Numbered from the stretch's first letter, positions 38,029-49,475 are shown. The stretch: DNA of 64,000 nt from an uncultured virus (IMG/VR IMGVR_UViG_3300031758_000011) (IMGVR_UViG_3300031758_000011:1-64000), one strand, 5' to 3'. Numbers and translations: made by a program. The notes: generated by a model not told the origin, from the sequence alone.

Positions 38029-39840
38029 ATGCCAAATGTAAATTACGACTCTAGAAACTTTGCCGACATTAGAAACGACTTAGTTAATTACGTTAGACAA
38101 TATTACCCAGAAATATATAGTGATTTTAATGATGCTGCTGTCGGTATGATGTTATTAGAATTAAACTCCGCTGTTGGTGATATGTTATCACATAATACTG
38201 ATAGAATGTTTGCTGAAACACAGATTGATTATGCGCAAGAAAGACATTCATTATTATCATTAGCTAGAACATTTGGGTTAAACATACCTAACAAACGCTC
38301 TAGCTCAACTATTGTAGATATAAGTGTTACAATACCAGTATTTGGTGATACTTTTGATGTGTCATATGCACCATTGATTAGAGCTGGTTCACAATTTAAT
38401 GGCGCTGGTAAAGTTTTTGAATTACTTTATGATGTAGATTTTTCAAGTCCATTTAATAAAAACGGTATTCCTAATAGAATTGTATTACCTAACATCAATG
38501 CCAATGGTACTGTAATTAACTACACGCTAACAAAAAGAGAAATGGTAACAAATGGGTTTACCAAGATATTTAAAAGAGTAATTACACAACAAGATGTTGT
38601 ACCTTTTTTAGAAATTATTTTACCAGATAATGACGTTGTAGAAGTTACATCATGTATTACGTTACCAGGTACTAATTTACAAGGCCAACCTTCAAACGCT
38701 CAATTTAATAATAGTAATATTAGATGGTTTGAAATGCCATCTTTATCAGAAGATAAAGTATTCGTTACAGATAACAATAGAACATCTTTAAACACAACGG
38801 TAACACCAGGTAAATGGATATCAACAACAAAAAAATTTATTAGAGAATATACAGATTTAGGATTCACAAAAATAACTTTTGGAGCTGGTTCTCAAAACAT
38901 AAGTAGTTTATGTGACTTTAATGTTGACCCTTCTTTAGTTAATCAAATAGGTAATTTTATAAACAATATGTCTTTAGGTGAAGTACACACAGCAAATACG
39001 ACATTATTTATTAAATATCGTGTTGGTGGTGGTAGTGACACTAATGTTGGACCTAACACTATTACAAATATTGGAACTTTAGATATAACAATTAATGGTC
39101 CTTTAGCAAACATAAATCAAACTGTTAGAAAAACATTAAAAGTAAACAATGTATTACCAGCAATTGGAGGTAAAGATGCACCTTCAAATGAAGAAATAAG
39201 ATATATGGTTAAATATAATTTTGCAGCGCAAAACAGAGCTGTAACAATAAAAGATTACCAAAATAGAATAGCACAAATGCCAGGTCTTTTCGGAACACCA
39301 TTCAGAAATGGTGTGTTTGAAGATAGAAATAAAATTTCTGTTTATATTTTAACTCTAGACCAAAATGGTAGGTTATCTAACGAATCAAATACAACTTTAA
39401 AGGAAAACATATCAAACTATTTAGCAGACTATAGAATGTTAAACGACTATGTTCAAATAAAAGATGGTAGGGTTATTAATTTAGCTATTGATTATGATGT
39501 TATGATTGATAAAAAAGTCCCACAATCTCAAATTATTTCTGAAATTATTAATAAGACTAAAGAATGTATGGACATTAATAAATTTGACATGGGTGATAAT
39601 ATTTATTTATCACCATTGATTGAAGTTATTAATAATATTGGTGGGGTTTTAAACGTAACTAACATATCAGTATACAACAAAGTTGGTGAAAACAAATATA
39701 GTTTAAATGAAATTTCACAACCTTATTTAGATGTTGAAACTAGATTAATTGACATTAGCGCTGATTATACATTGTTTGGTGAACCAACATCTATGTTTGA
39801 AATAAAATTCCCAACAGATATTAGAGTAAGGGTTAAATAA
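38029..39840 (+). CDS. Baseplate wedge protein (T4 gp6 / baseplate J-like)
   Basis: NYDSRNFADIRNDL..YSDFND, YRVGGG and AIGGKD..AQNRAVTIKDY. Confidence 0.9.
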   Translation: MPNVNYDSRNFADIRNDLVNYVRQYYPEIYSDFNDAAVGMMLLELNSAVGDMLSHNTDRMFAETQIDYAQERHSLLSLARTFGLNIPNKRSSSTIVDISVTIPVFGDTFDVSYAPLIRAGSQFNGAGKVFELLYDVDFSSPFNKNGIPNRIVLPNINANGTVINYTLTKREMVTNGFTKIFKRVITQQDVVPFLEIILPDNDVVEVTSCITLPGTNLQGQPSNAQFNNSNIRWFEMPSLSEDKVFVTDNNRTSLNTTVTPGKWISTTKKFIREYTDLGFTKITFGAGSQNISSLCDFNVDPSLVNQIGNFINNMSLGEVHTANTTLFIKYRVGGGSDTNVGPNTITNIGTLDITINGPLANINQTVRKTLKVNNVLPAIGGKDAPSNEEIRYMVKYNFAAQNRAVTIKDYQNRIAQMPGLFGTPFRNGVFEDRNKISVYILTLDQNGRLSNESNTTLKENISNYLADYRMLNDYVQIKDGRVINLAIDYDVMIDKKVPQSQIISEIINKTKECMDINKFDMGDNIYLSPLIEVINNIGGVLNVTNISVYNKVGENKYSLNEISQPYLDVETRLIDISADYTLFGEPTSMFEIKFPTDIRVRVK

Positions 39841-39907
39841 TTATTTACTTATATTTAAAAAAATGATATTTTTAATTTAAATAATAAGTTTTAAAAAATA
39901 TAGAAAA

Positions 39908-40294
39908 ATGGGATGTAATTGTAAAAATGACAAAAACAACATGCTTAACAAGCAAGATGAATTAAATAATAATGATGTTGCTAAACAAAATGATGAAATA
40001 AAAAGTTTGAGTCTAATCTATAAAGTAATGTATTATGGTGTTAGAACGTTAGGATTTTTTATATCTTTAATTATTGTACCTATAGTTTTAGTTGTTACTG
40101 TTGTATTTTTATTTAAAACAGTTGTGTTAGATAAAAATGTTAACGTTATGAATTTAGCTAAAACTATCAAAAGATGGCAAAAAGTTAGAGCGTTAGAAGT
40201 AAAAGAAGAGGAAGAAGAAGATGACGATAATGATTTTGAAGAAAATAATGAGTTTTTATACCCAGTTAATAAATTAAAATCAACAATAGGATAA
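39908..40294 (+). CDS. Small membrane protein
   Basis: MGCNCK start, a long hydrophobic segment GFFISLIIVPIVLVVTVVFLF and an acidic tail. Confidence 0.7.
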   Translation: MGCNCKNDKNNMLNKQDELNNNDVAKQNDEIKSLSLIYKVMYYGVRTLGFFISLIIVPIVLVVTVVFLFKTVVLDKNVNVMNLAKTIKRWQKVRALEVKEEEEEDDDNDFEENNEFLYPVNKLKSTIG

Positions 40295-40303
40295 AAGTTA
40301 TAT

Positions 40304-43300
40304 ATGTCAAAAACTATTAGAATAAGGACAACACCTAATGGTGGTGATAACTATTTAAAAGTAAAAATAGACCAAGAGTTTGATTATTTAGAAACACTTA
40401 GTTTAAAAATCACGCAAGAAGAAGCTTATAGAAATTTTTGCTCTGATTATGGTGTTGTTATAGGTCGTGTTATAGTAAACAATGGATTTGGGGTACCAAA
40501 CGCTAAAGTAAGTATTTTTATACCTATAGACGATATAGATAAAGAAAACCCATTAATTAAATCACTATACCCTTACGAAATAGTTAATGATAAAGATTTA
40601 GATGGTATAAGATACAACTTATTCCCTAAATATAATGAAAAAAATGACCCTTGTTATACACCAGTAGGTACAATGCCTAGTAAAAGGGAAATTTTAGACA
40701 ATCCAGAATTAGAGTATATCTTTACAAAATATTATAAATTTACAGCAACAACAAATGCGTCTGGTGATTTTATGTTATTTGGTGTACCAGTAGGAACACA
40801 TACGATACATGCTGATGTTGATATTTCAGATATTGGTATGGCATCTCAAAAACCTTATGATTTAATTGCCGCTGGAACGCCAGAAAAATTCTTTGATTCA
40901 AACCAAAAGTTTAAATATAGTAAAAATTTAGATAGTCTTGTACAAGTTAAATCATTAAATACTAGTGTTAACGTACAACCATTTTGGGGTGATACTGAAA
41001 CATGTGAAATTGGAATTACTAGAGTTGATTTAGATATGAATTTGAATATTAAATCAAACGCTATTTTTATTGGTTCTATTTTTAGTGATTCAGACACTGA
41101 TGGTGTAAGTAAAAGATGTAGACCAAGAAGAGCTATGGGTACATTATGTGACCAAATAACAACTACTGGTAGAATAGAAATGATACGAGAAACATCAGAT
41201 GGTAATATAGAACAATTTGATGTGGATGGTGGTGAACTAATTGATGAAGATGGAACTTGGGCTTATCAAATACCGATGAACTTAGATTATGTAGTTACAG
41301 ACGAATTTGGTCAATTAGTCCCATCGGATAACCCTAGTATAGGTATTGCAACTAGAGCAAACGTTAGGTTCAGAATAGGTATGAATCCAGCTGGTGATTT
41401 AGATAAAAGAGCCAGAGCTAAATTCCTAGTTCCAAACAATCCAGAAACTGAAGCTGAAATTGATTATGAGTTTGGTACAAATACCAAACCAACTAGTTTT
41501 AGGTCATTATATTGGAATAAAATATACACAGTAAGTTCTTTAATTTCTAGATATCAAGCGTCAAAACTTAACGTTAGAAACTTTGTCGGTATTAAAGATG
41601 TGAATGCTTGTACTGGAGATAAAAACCCATTCCCATATAATAGAGTAGATTCATCTGGGGACCCTTTATATGGATTTTTATGTATTTTATTAACAATTAT
41701 GTTAAGTATCATAGTTGCTGTAAACTCAGTTTTAATACCTATATTAAACTTAGTAATGCGTATACTTAACGCTATTTTAGCTGTTATTTGTGTTATTATA
41801 TTTGGTATTGGTGTAATATTAGGTGCTTTCCCTACTTGGTTATTAGATGTTAATAAATGTGATTACTGTATTGCGGATAAAGGTGACCCTCCAAAAAATA
41901 CTTGTTGTGACTGTAGTAATATACTACCATATATACCTTGTCTTTCAATACAATGTCCATCATCAGAAGGTGACACATACGCCCCAGGTTGTTATTTCGG
42001 TAAGGGGTTAGAAGTGTTACAACAAGATAATCAAGGTAAAAAAACTGTGTTTTATCCAGGTGATGGAGTTAATTCATGGGACGATGTTTTTGCTGGTGCA
42101 GATGATTGTTTACAATCTCAATTAGCTGAAGCTTTAAACGTTTTTAGATTTGATTTTTATAATGATTGGGTTAATGGTTCTTTATATGCATTTATAGTTA
42201 AATTCAAGAAAAAAAGAAAAGGTAAAACTAAATTCTGTGAATATGATTGTGAAGATTTTAAAGGTCGTGGAGCGGATAGCGGTGTTGACACTGATAAAGA
42301 TGGTAACAGAGATAATTCATGTTATACTAATTATTTATTAGATTCATGCTATAATGGTGACCCAACCGATTTTCTAAGATGGAATGGTTCAGAAGATAAA
42401 ACATTTGATAGTGGTGGGATAGCAGATGGTGTAGTTAAGAATGTTGAAATTTTCTTTAAAGATACAAAAGTTGATGATGTGTTATATTATGCAGCAAGTA
42501 TGCATGATGTTAAATATAAACTTTTTGCTACCGATATAGTATTACTAGGTTCAACAGAGACATGTGACTGGCAAGGTATGCCTAGTATTTATAGATTATT
42601 ACAAACAACAACATATAAATTACCACCACTAACAGCTGAATTTGAAAACCCAGATGATAAAACTTCTGTTGAATCAACTGGTATGGTTGAACAAGGTGAT
42701 GAATTACTAGGTTTATTTTTTGACATTAACTGTCTAGGTATTGTGATGGATTATAGACAATGTTTAAATGTTAGACATATATGTGAATATGGAGTAACAA
42801 CAGATGATGCGATAGAAGTAAACGGTGTTACAGTAAAACCTAATGGTTGGTTAAATCACACAACAATGGATGATGATACTGGTATTTATTTTAGAAATGT
42901 GTTTTATGATTTAAATAAAGATTTGACTTATTTAAAACCATCAGCACCTAAATATAAATTCCCTTTAGTACCACATAATACTAATTTTAACATAATAAAC
43001 CAAAACGGTAAATACGGTAAACCTACATACAATTTTAATAGTAGTACTGATAATGGTGTCGAATATGCAAAATTTAGAGGTTATGGTGGTGAAAATATTT
43101 TTACACAACCTAAACATTCATATTTTTTCTATTTTGGTTTAATGCCAGGTGCAACTGCAATTGAAAAATTAAATCAAAGATATTTTGGTATCTGTCCAAG
43201 AACTATAACAGAAACTTTAACTATTAAAGCAGCATCTGTTGGTGCGTCAATCACCAACCCAACTGGTTCAATCACATTTAGTGTACTATACGGTACTGCA

Positions 43301-44887
43301 CCATATACTTATATTATTAGTGGACCAAATGCTTATAATAAAAGTGGTACAATTAATTCTAGTAATACTAATATATCAGTACCAAATTTAGCTGTCGGTA
43401 CTTATACAATAACAGTTGTTGATAAAAATGGTAATTCAACTAAACAATCAACAACGATTGCTGGTCCACCTAAATTATCAGCGTCAGCTAGTGTAACTAA
43501 AAATGCTACAAACGCAACAGTTGGTGATGGTATTATAACAATAACTGGTGTTAATGGTGGTTGTGGTGGATATACTTATCAATTATTCAATAGCGATGGT
43601 AAATCAATAACTTCTGGTTCGGTTACAGTAACACAAATACCTTTTGAAATTGGAAATTTAGTGTCAGATAGTAAAGGTAGTGGTTATAAATTAGTAGTTA
43701 AAGATTCTTGCAATACTACTGTAGAGATTAAAGACTTAATAATTATAGGACCAACACCTTTGGTCATTACTGAATCTCACGTTGACATTCAATGTTTTGG
43801 CGGTAGAACATCAGTTACAGAAGGTATTATAATAACAGTTAATGGTGGTAAAGTACCTTACAAATACGATATAACTGGACCAAATAATTATACCAAACAA
43901 GAAGTAAGCGTTAATGGCTCTAATGTTAAATTAATTGAATTACTTGCTGGTCAATATAATATAACAGTGACTGATGCTGTAAATACTACATCATCAATTT
44001 CTGTGATTATTAAACATTTAACACCAGAATTAAAAGCTACAAAACCTTCAGCTGCTTTATTAGCTAAACAATGTGACCCAAATAAATATATAATACCTAT
44101 AGATATAGCAAGTGGTGTAATAAACAATAATGTTTATATTGTTTATGAAATTGGTGGTAAAGATAAAGTAGTAACAATACCGTATGTTAATAACCAACAA
44201 ACGTATTTTGAAATTCCTAAATCAGAATTAGCAAGTAACTCTAAAATGAATGTTTATTTGACAAATCAATATTTTACTGATACTAAGTTAAGATGTCTTC
44301 AAGATGGTAATTCATGGGTAAAACTTAATAAGAGTGAAATAGAATTACCTAATGTTGCATTGGAAATTAAAGATAGAAATAACACAAAACAATGTAGTAG
44401 ACAAACAGTTACTTTTAATTTTGGTATATCACATATTGACGCATCTTTAGTGCCATACACACAAAGATTACCATATACTTTAAAATACAAAATAAATAAT
44501 GGTGCAGAAAAAACTGTTACAATAAATAATGTTCAACAAACTTACACGTATATTGAAAGTTTAGGTTCGTCATTCACTGGAACAAATGTTAAAATAAATT
44601 TAACATTAATAGATAAAGTTGGTTGTGAGACTACCAAAGAACTTAACTTAACAGTACCAGCTGTTGAATTAAACGGTACAATAACTAGAACAACAACAAC
44701 ACCTAATAATATACAAACTTGTGAATTTAAAGTGTCGGCTAATGGTGGTATTGGTTCATTAACAGCAACACCATATAATTTAAATACAACATATGCTGCT
44801 GGTACTGGTGCATCATGCCCTTCACCTTCAACAGTAAGTGATACAGTTACTGATAGTGTAGGTTGTTCAATAGTAATAAATGGTTAA
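40304..44887 (+). CDS. Large Cys-rich baseplate-region protein with a hydrophobic helical segment and SprB-like repeats
   Basis: N-terminal beta-sandwich (GRVI..GVPNAKVSI..TNASGDFMLFGVP), about 60 hydrophobic residues, and G.I.....GG..PY.Y...L..G.Y.ITV.D repeats. Confidence 0.65.
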   Translation: MSKTIRIRTTPNGGDNYLKVKIDQEFDYLETLSLKITQEEAYRNFCSDYGVVIGRVIVNNGFGVPNAKVSIFIPIDDIDKENPLIKSLYPYEIVNDKDLDGIRYNLFPKYNEKNDPCYTPVGTMPSKREILDNPELEYIFTKYYKFTATTNASGDFMLFGVPVGTHTIHADVDISDIGMASQKPYDLIAAGTPEKFFDSNQKFKYSKNLDSLVQVKSLNTSVNVQPFWGDTETCEIGITRVDLDMNLNIKSNAIFIGSIFSDSDTDGVSKRCRPRRAMGTLCDQITTTGRIEMIRETSDGNIEQFDVDGGELIDEDGTWAYQIPMNLDYVVTDEFGQLVPSDNPSIGIATRANVRFRIGMNPAGDLDKRARAKFLVPNNPETEAEIDYEFGTNTKPTSFRSLYWNKIYTVSSLISRYQASKLNVRNFVGIKDVNACTGDKNPFPYNRVDSSGDPLYGFLCILLTIMLSIIVAVNSVLIPILNLVMRILNAILAVICVIIFGIGVILGAFPTWLLDVNKCDYCIADKGDPPKNTCCDCSNILPYIPCLSIQCPSSEGDTYAPGCYFGKGLEVLQQDNQGKKTVFYPGDGVNSWDDVFAGADDCLQSQLAEALNVFRFDFYNDWVNGSLYAFIVKFKKKRKGKTKFCEYDCEDFKGRGADSGVDTDKDGNRDNSCYTNYLLDSCYNGDPTDFLRWNGSEDKTFDSGGIADGVVKNVEIFFKDTKVDDVLYYAASMHDVKYKLFATDIVLLGSTETCDWQGMPSIYRLLQTTTYKLPPLTAEFENPDDKTSVESTGMVEQGDELLGLFFDINCLGIVMDYRQCLNVRHICEYGVTTDDAIEVNGVTVKPNGWLNHTTMDDDTGIYFRNVFYDLNKDLTYLKPSAPKYKFPLVPHNTNFNIINQNGKYGKPTYNFNSSTDNGVEYAKFRGYGGENIFTQPKHSYFFYFGLMPGATAIEKLNQRYFGICPRTITETLTIKAASVGASITNPTGSITFSVLYGTAPYTYIISGPNAYNKSGTINSSNTNISVPNLAVGTYTITVVDKNGNSTKQSTTIAGPPKLSASASVTKNATNATVGDGIITITGVNGGCGGYTYQLFNSDGKSITSGSVTVTQIPFEIGNLVSDSKGSGYKLVVKDSCNTTVEIKDLIIIGPTPLVITESHVDIQCFGGRTSVTEGIIITVNGGKVPYKYDITGPNNYTKQEVSVNGSNVKLIELLAGQYNITVTDAVNTTSSISVIIKHLTPELKATKPSAALLAKQCDPNKYIIPIDIASGVINNNVYIVYEIGGKDKVVTIPYVNNQQTYFEIPKSELASNSKMNVYLTNQYFTDTKLRCLQDGNSWVKLNKSEIELPNVALEIKDRNNTKQCSRQTVTFNFGISHIDASLVPYTQRLPYTLKYKINNGAEKTVTINNVQQTYTYIESLGSSFTGTNVKINLTLIDKVGCETTKELNLTVPAVELNGTITRTTTTPNNIQTCEFKVSANGGIGSLTATPYNLNTTYAAGTGASCPSPSTVSDTVTDSVGCSIVING

Positions 44888-44889
44888 TT

Positions 44890-46695
44890 ATGAGTGATGA
44901 TAGAATAAGACAAAGGTTAAATAGTCAAACGTCAAAGGAATCTGTTAACGTTGATAATTTTGTTAAAGTTAATTTACAAAACACTAGTAGATTAATACCA
45001 AATAATGAAATTTACAAAATAGTTGATGTTGATGACCAGTTTAATAAAGAAAGACAAGGTAGTAAATCGTATAGGATTTTAGGTACTATAAACCCTTTTA
45101 TATCAAATGTATTATTTAATTTATCTGATTCGTTAAAATCAGATAAATTCACATTGGCTGGGTTTAACTCTATGTCAGATTTTTTAGATTTATCTTATCC
45201 AAAAGATAATAATAATGCTGATAGTAACGATAACACATATCCTACAGCTATAGATAATTTTTTAACCGAAAGAGATGGTTGGTTTGGTTATTATAGTTCT
45301 GACGTAACTGAAAATTGTAAATATTATGACATGGAACCAACTAGGAATAGATTTAGTTTTTTACCAGATTATAACCCATTCCATAACACCAACAATTTAA
45401 AAAGCGTTAAAAATTGGGAATTAACAATTACTTATCCTAGTTCTATAGATGATAAACATTCTATGGTTTCTGGAGGGTTATTAATTGTTGATATTGAATC
45501 TGTGACTATATCTGATAAACAAATGACAGTTTTTAAAATCCCATGTCGTCATAATTTAAATATTGGCGATACGGTTAGATTAGTAGGTACAAATGGGTTT
45601 AACGGTGATTACGAAATCTATTCACTAGGTGACTCAGCAAATCAACTAAAAGATTATTGTTTTGTATTAGATATACCTACAACTGGTATTTTAACAGCAA
45701 ATTCTAGAATGAAAAAAATGATAGATGATGAAGAATGTATTTATTATTTTAGAAAATTTAAAAAGATAAAAACCAAATCAACAATCACAATTGAAACAGA
45801 TGACTACGATATCTATAACGCAAGTTTTTCACAAAACTTATTTAACGATAAATTACAACAATTTATTTTTAACGAAGATATTGACGTTACAAATTTAAAA
45901 GATAATTTAGGTAGACCATTAAGCGAACTATACTTAACAATAATCAAAACTAGTAGTAATAATTTATTTTCTAGAGTTTCATCTGGGTTAGAATTACCTT
46001 ATTTTTCAGTTTATGATTTAAACAATATTCCACAACACATTTTAAACGTCCCAGTGATACAAAAAATTCACAATGGGGTTAACACACCTTTTACATCTTT
46101 TAAGCCGTTAGAAACGACTGTACAGATAGATAACAACAATTCTATACAAGGTAACAATGACTTTTATGGTGATTTAGTTGAATACAACAAAAAAACATTA
46201 AATGAAACTAAATTAGAAGAAGTTTTTTATAGATTTAACACGTTGAATAGAGAAACTCCATCAACATTAAATTATATAAGTGAAAGGACTACAAAAACAT
46301 CTGGACAACCAACAGTTACAATTAATTTAGGACCTAGACACGAAGGATATTATTATAGAGCTCATTATCAATCTGTAATTAGAGTATTTTCTAATTATGT
46401 AGAACAAGGTGATGAATTTACCACAGATATCCCAAGTTATGCGACAAATTTAGGTGATGGTAGAATTATATGGAGAGACATGTTAGATATTGGTCAAAAT
46501 GATAGTGATGAAACAGCTATTGATTATCCATTCTTAAATGGCGCTCATTATTTGTATAACAATTATATGTTTAAAGTTAAAAGACAAGACCCATTTGGTA
46601 TATGGAAATTATATTGGTCAAAATTTCCATCAGACTATTTAGGTAATAGAATAACAGATAAATATAATATTACACCAACAGAAGATGTATGTTAA
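44890..46695 (+). CDS. Structural protein of the baseplate region
   Basis: Long ORF coupled to its neighbours. The likely ATG is at 44890, just after the upstream stop. Confidence 0.6.
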   Translation: MSDDRIRQRLNSQTSKESVNVDNFVKVNLQNTSRLIPNNEIYKIVDVDDQFNKERQGSKSYRILGTINPFISNVLFNLSDSLKSDKFTLAGFNSMSDFLDLSYPKDNNNADSNDNTYPTAIDNFLTERDGWFGYYSSDVTENCKYYDMEPTRNRFSFLPDYNPFHNTNNLKSVKNWELTITYPSSIDDKHSMVSGGLLIVDIESVTISDKQMTVFKIPCRHNLNIGDTVRLVGTNGFNGDYEIYSLGDSANQLKDYCFVLDIPTTGILTANSRMKKMIDDEECIYYFRKFKKIKTKSTITIETDDYDIYNASFSQNLFNDKLQQFIFNEDIDVTNLKDNLGRPLSELYLTIIKTSSNNLFSRVSSGLELPYFSVYDLNNIPQHILNVPVIQKIHNGVNTPFTSFKPLETTVQIDNNNSIQGNNDFYGDLVEYNKKTLNETKLEEVFYRFNTLNRETPSTLNYISERTTKTSGQPTVTINLGPRHEGYYYRAHYQSVIRVFSNYVEQGDEFTTDIPSYATNLGDGRIIWRDMLDIGQNDSDETAIDYPFLNGAHYLYNNYMFKVKRQDPFGIWKLYWSKFPSDYLGNRITDKYNITPTEDVC

Positions 46696-47512
46696 AAAAT
46701 TTACAATAAACAGCAAGAATTTAGGTTCTGATTTTATTTATTTACCAGTTCCTTTTCAAACAGACTTTCAAGTAGCTGATAATTATGAATTAATTGAAGA
46801 TGTGTTTGTTAAAGAGCAAGTTGAAGCTTCCATCAACCCAATTGTTGATTACGAAAAAACTAGATTTTCACCAGTCAATACTAGTGGGTCTCAAATAAAT
46901 ACAGTTATATATAATTTAAATTTTTTAAATAATTCTAATACGTATTCTTCTTTTTATAGTGACATAGGTTTCACTAACGAAGAATTAGCTAATAGAAAAA
47001 ATAATTTTATATATAGTTCAGTTGATTTATTATTTTATGATACAGACAACCCACTAACACAAAGATTGGTTAATAAAATAAATATTAATTGTGTTTTAAA
47101 CAGTATTGACTTTGATAGTAACGGTAAAGTTAAACCAGCTAATCAAATACAAGTTAAATTTATTTTAACAAACCCATTTGTAGGTAAAAACACTATTTCA
47201 ACTGGTTATTATATATATGATTTTAAAAATCAATTAGCTATTAATCAAACAAAAGATATATATATGAAAGCTGTTTTTAAAAATGCTAAAACTGGTAAAG
47301 TTTTAAACATGATGACTAAAAACGCTCCACAATATATTGATAAATTAGTTAAAGAATTATATACAAAATATAAAATTATCAGAACAACAACTGGGTTTAA
47401 TTATTATATAGATTCAACATACCAAGGAAATGGTTTAAGTTTACCTAACAATAATGTAACTTACAACAATGAAACTGTCATTGTTAACTTATATCAAATA
47501 AATGCATTGTAA
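46685..47512 (+). CDS. Structural protein of the baseplate region
   Basis: 275-aa ORF overlapping both neighbours in the operon. Confidence 0.6.
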   Translation: MYVKKFTINSKNLGSDFIYLPVPFQTDFQVADNYELIEDVFVKEQVEASINPIVDYEKTRFSPVNTSGSQINTVIYNLNFLNNSNTYSSFYSDIGFTNEELANRKNNFIYSSVDLLFYDTDNPLTQRLVNKININCVLNSIDFDSNGKVKPANQIQVKFILTNPFVGKNTISTGYYIYDFKNQLAINQTKDIYMKAVFKNAKTGKVLNMMTKNAPQYIDKLVKELYTKYKIIRTTTGFNYYIDSTYQGNGLSLPNNNVTYNNETVIVNLYQINAL

Positions 47513-48393
47513 TGGAAATTATTAAAAGAACGATAAATTTAGAAGACTATACTGATAGAGCTGACAAATCTAAAAGTTGGGGTGCTATGACGGCCGATAC
47601 ATTTTATATTAAAGTTTTATTGACGCAAACAATGGATGATATGGGTTTATATACAGATATTGACTTTATAACATATGATAAAGCTAATTCAGCAGTTGAT
47701 TATACTATTTTAACAAATAAATTAAGTAAGTTAAATATAACGTTTCCGTTTATGAAAAACGTTCCTAACCCTATTTTTACTAATCTAAACACACCATATA
47801 ATTTATCATATGTTTTAAGATATCCTACAAACGCTGAAAAAGATTATTATAATTATGCCAACGCTGTAGTTACTGGTTCTACAGATAGTAAATTAGAAGA
47901 TTTAAAATCATATAATAGAAATTTACCATATAGAACTAATTTTGATGTAAATAAAGAAACATATACAAATTATAAAGGAGACCAAATAATAGGTGTTGAT
48001 AGAATTAAATCATATGGAGAACCAAAAGTTTATGTGTTTGACACTATTAATGACGGTAATTTAGGTACTGATAATCAAACAACTGGGTTAAGATATGTTG
48101 AATATACTGGTAGAACCACAACAACAATTATTGATAGCGTTATAAAAGTAACACCATTAACAGTTGTTAATTTTATTGGTGAAGGTTTCAACGGAACTAA
48201 CATTTCATTAAGTGGGTTAACAAAAGAAGAATATTTATTAGGTATGATTTCTGTCCCAGAAGTATATGACGATGTATTTATAGAAAGAGGTGTTAATAAT
48301 GTTTTTGAAAACCATTTAAGATTGGCAGAAGTTAAAACATTAGGGGACATTGCAACTTATAACGGTGGTTATTTTAATGTAACAAGACAATAA
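47512..48393 (+). CDS. Structural protein of the baseplate region
   Basis: 293-aa ORF with a TAATG stop/start coupling and C-terminal DVFIERG..LRLAEV..YNGGYF. Confidence 0.6.
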   Translation: MEIIKRTINLEDYTDRADKSKSWGAMTADTFYIKVLLTQTMDDMGLYTDIDFITYDKANSAVDYTILTNKLSKLNITFPFMKNVPNPIFTNLNTPYNLSYVLRYPTNAEKDYYNYANAVVTGSTDSKLEDLKSYNRNLPYRTNFDVNKETYTNYKGDQIIGVDRIKSYGEPKVYVFDTINDGNLGTDNQTTGLRYVEYTGRTTTTIIDSVIKVTPLTVVNFIGEGFNGTNISLSGLTKEEYLLGMISVPEVYDDVFIERGVNNVFENHLRLAEVKTLGDIATYNGGYFNVTRQ

Positions 48394-48397
48394 AAAT

Positions 48398-48535
48398 ATG
48401 ACAGAAAAAGAAAAAGAATATAATAATAAGTGGTTACTTTCATACCATTTGTTATTACCTTTAAAAGAAATAAATAAACTATCAAATTATGAAATTGATA
48501 TGATGGTTGCTAAAATAAAACAAATAAAAAAGTAA
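48398..48535 (+). CDS. Small hypothetical protein, 45 aa, not in the ORF track
   Basis: MTEKEKEYNNKWLLSYHLLLPLKEINKLSNYEIDMMVAKIKQIKK* fills the gap between two operon genes almost exactly. Confidence 0.55.
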   Translation: MTEKEKEYNNKWLLSYHLLLPLKEINKLSNYEIDMMVAKIKQIKK

Positions 48536-48536
48536 T

Positions 48537-49460
48537 ATGGCTACTGGAACATACGGAACAATAAGACCAGCGGATATTTCACCAGAAGATGTTGAAATAT
48601 TTTATCATTTTACCCCAACTAGAGATAAAAATGATGACCCTACATTCACTAAATTAAATTCAGTTGATGTTTTACAAAAAGTTGATAACCCTAATAAATC
48701 ATTATCAAATGTAACAACATTTGAAATATTTGGTGGTGTATATACATTAAAATTACCAGTTTCTGATTTTTCAGCAAAAGGTTTTTATACTATTGTTATC
48801 AGACCAGCTGAAATCAGAGTTAAAATTGTTGACGTTGGTGTTTTATCGGCATACCCAGATATTAAAGGTATTTTATTTGATATTGCTAGCGTACCTACTG
48901 AATTTGCAAATAAATTTGAGAATAATGGGTTAACTGGTTATAGAATTGAATATTTAAATTCATCTACATCAACAACTGATGCTAAAATAAATAATTTTTA
49001 TAGAATAATAACTTCTAACAACAGAGCAGAACCAGTTAATCAAAACTTAACTAACTCTAGTCAAAAGGCTATTAGATATCGTTTAAATGATAATTCTAGT
49101 TTAATTTTTTGTACGTTGACTCCTTCGTCAGCACCTAACGTTAAACCTAACGCTACGCCATTTATCGGACAACCCAATCAACAAGTTATTATTACAAATA
49201 CATTTTTCAATCCAATAATGCTTGAAGTTGAAATGGTTGAACACGATTTTGAAACTTTAGCATATGCATTGTATGGAAATCAAACAAAAAGTATTGAAGA
49301 TGGTATTTATACAATATATAACTTTAGTAACAATATTTATAAACAATACAGCTTGTATGAAATTAAAGACCAGTTTTCTGGTAAACAATTGTTTGAAGTT
49401 AGAGAACAAAGAAATGTTATTGATTTTTCAAAAGCATTTTCAAATATTACAACTATTTAA
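48537..49460 (+). CDS. Structural protein of the baseplate region
   Basis: 307-aa ORF starting MATGTYGTIRPAD, in baseplate operon context. Confidence 0.6.
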   Translation: MATGTYGTIRPADISPEDVEIFYHFTPTRDKNDDPTFTKLNSVDVLQKVDNPNKSLSNVTTFEIFGGVYTLKLPVSDFSAKGFYTIVIRPAEIRVKIVDVGVLSAYPDIKGILFDIASVPTEFANKFENNGLTGYRIEYLNSSTSTTDAKINNFYRIITSNNRAEPVNQNLTNSSQKAIRYRLNDNSSLIFCTLTPSSAPNVKPNATPFIGQPNQQVIITNTFFNPIMLEVEMVEHDFETLAYALYGNQTKSIEDGIYTIYNFSNNIYKQYSLYEIKDQFSGKQLFEVREQRNVIDFSKAFSNITTI

Positions 49461-49475
49461 AAATTAAATTGATAA

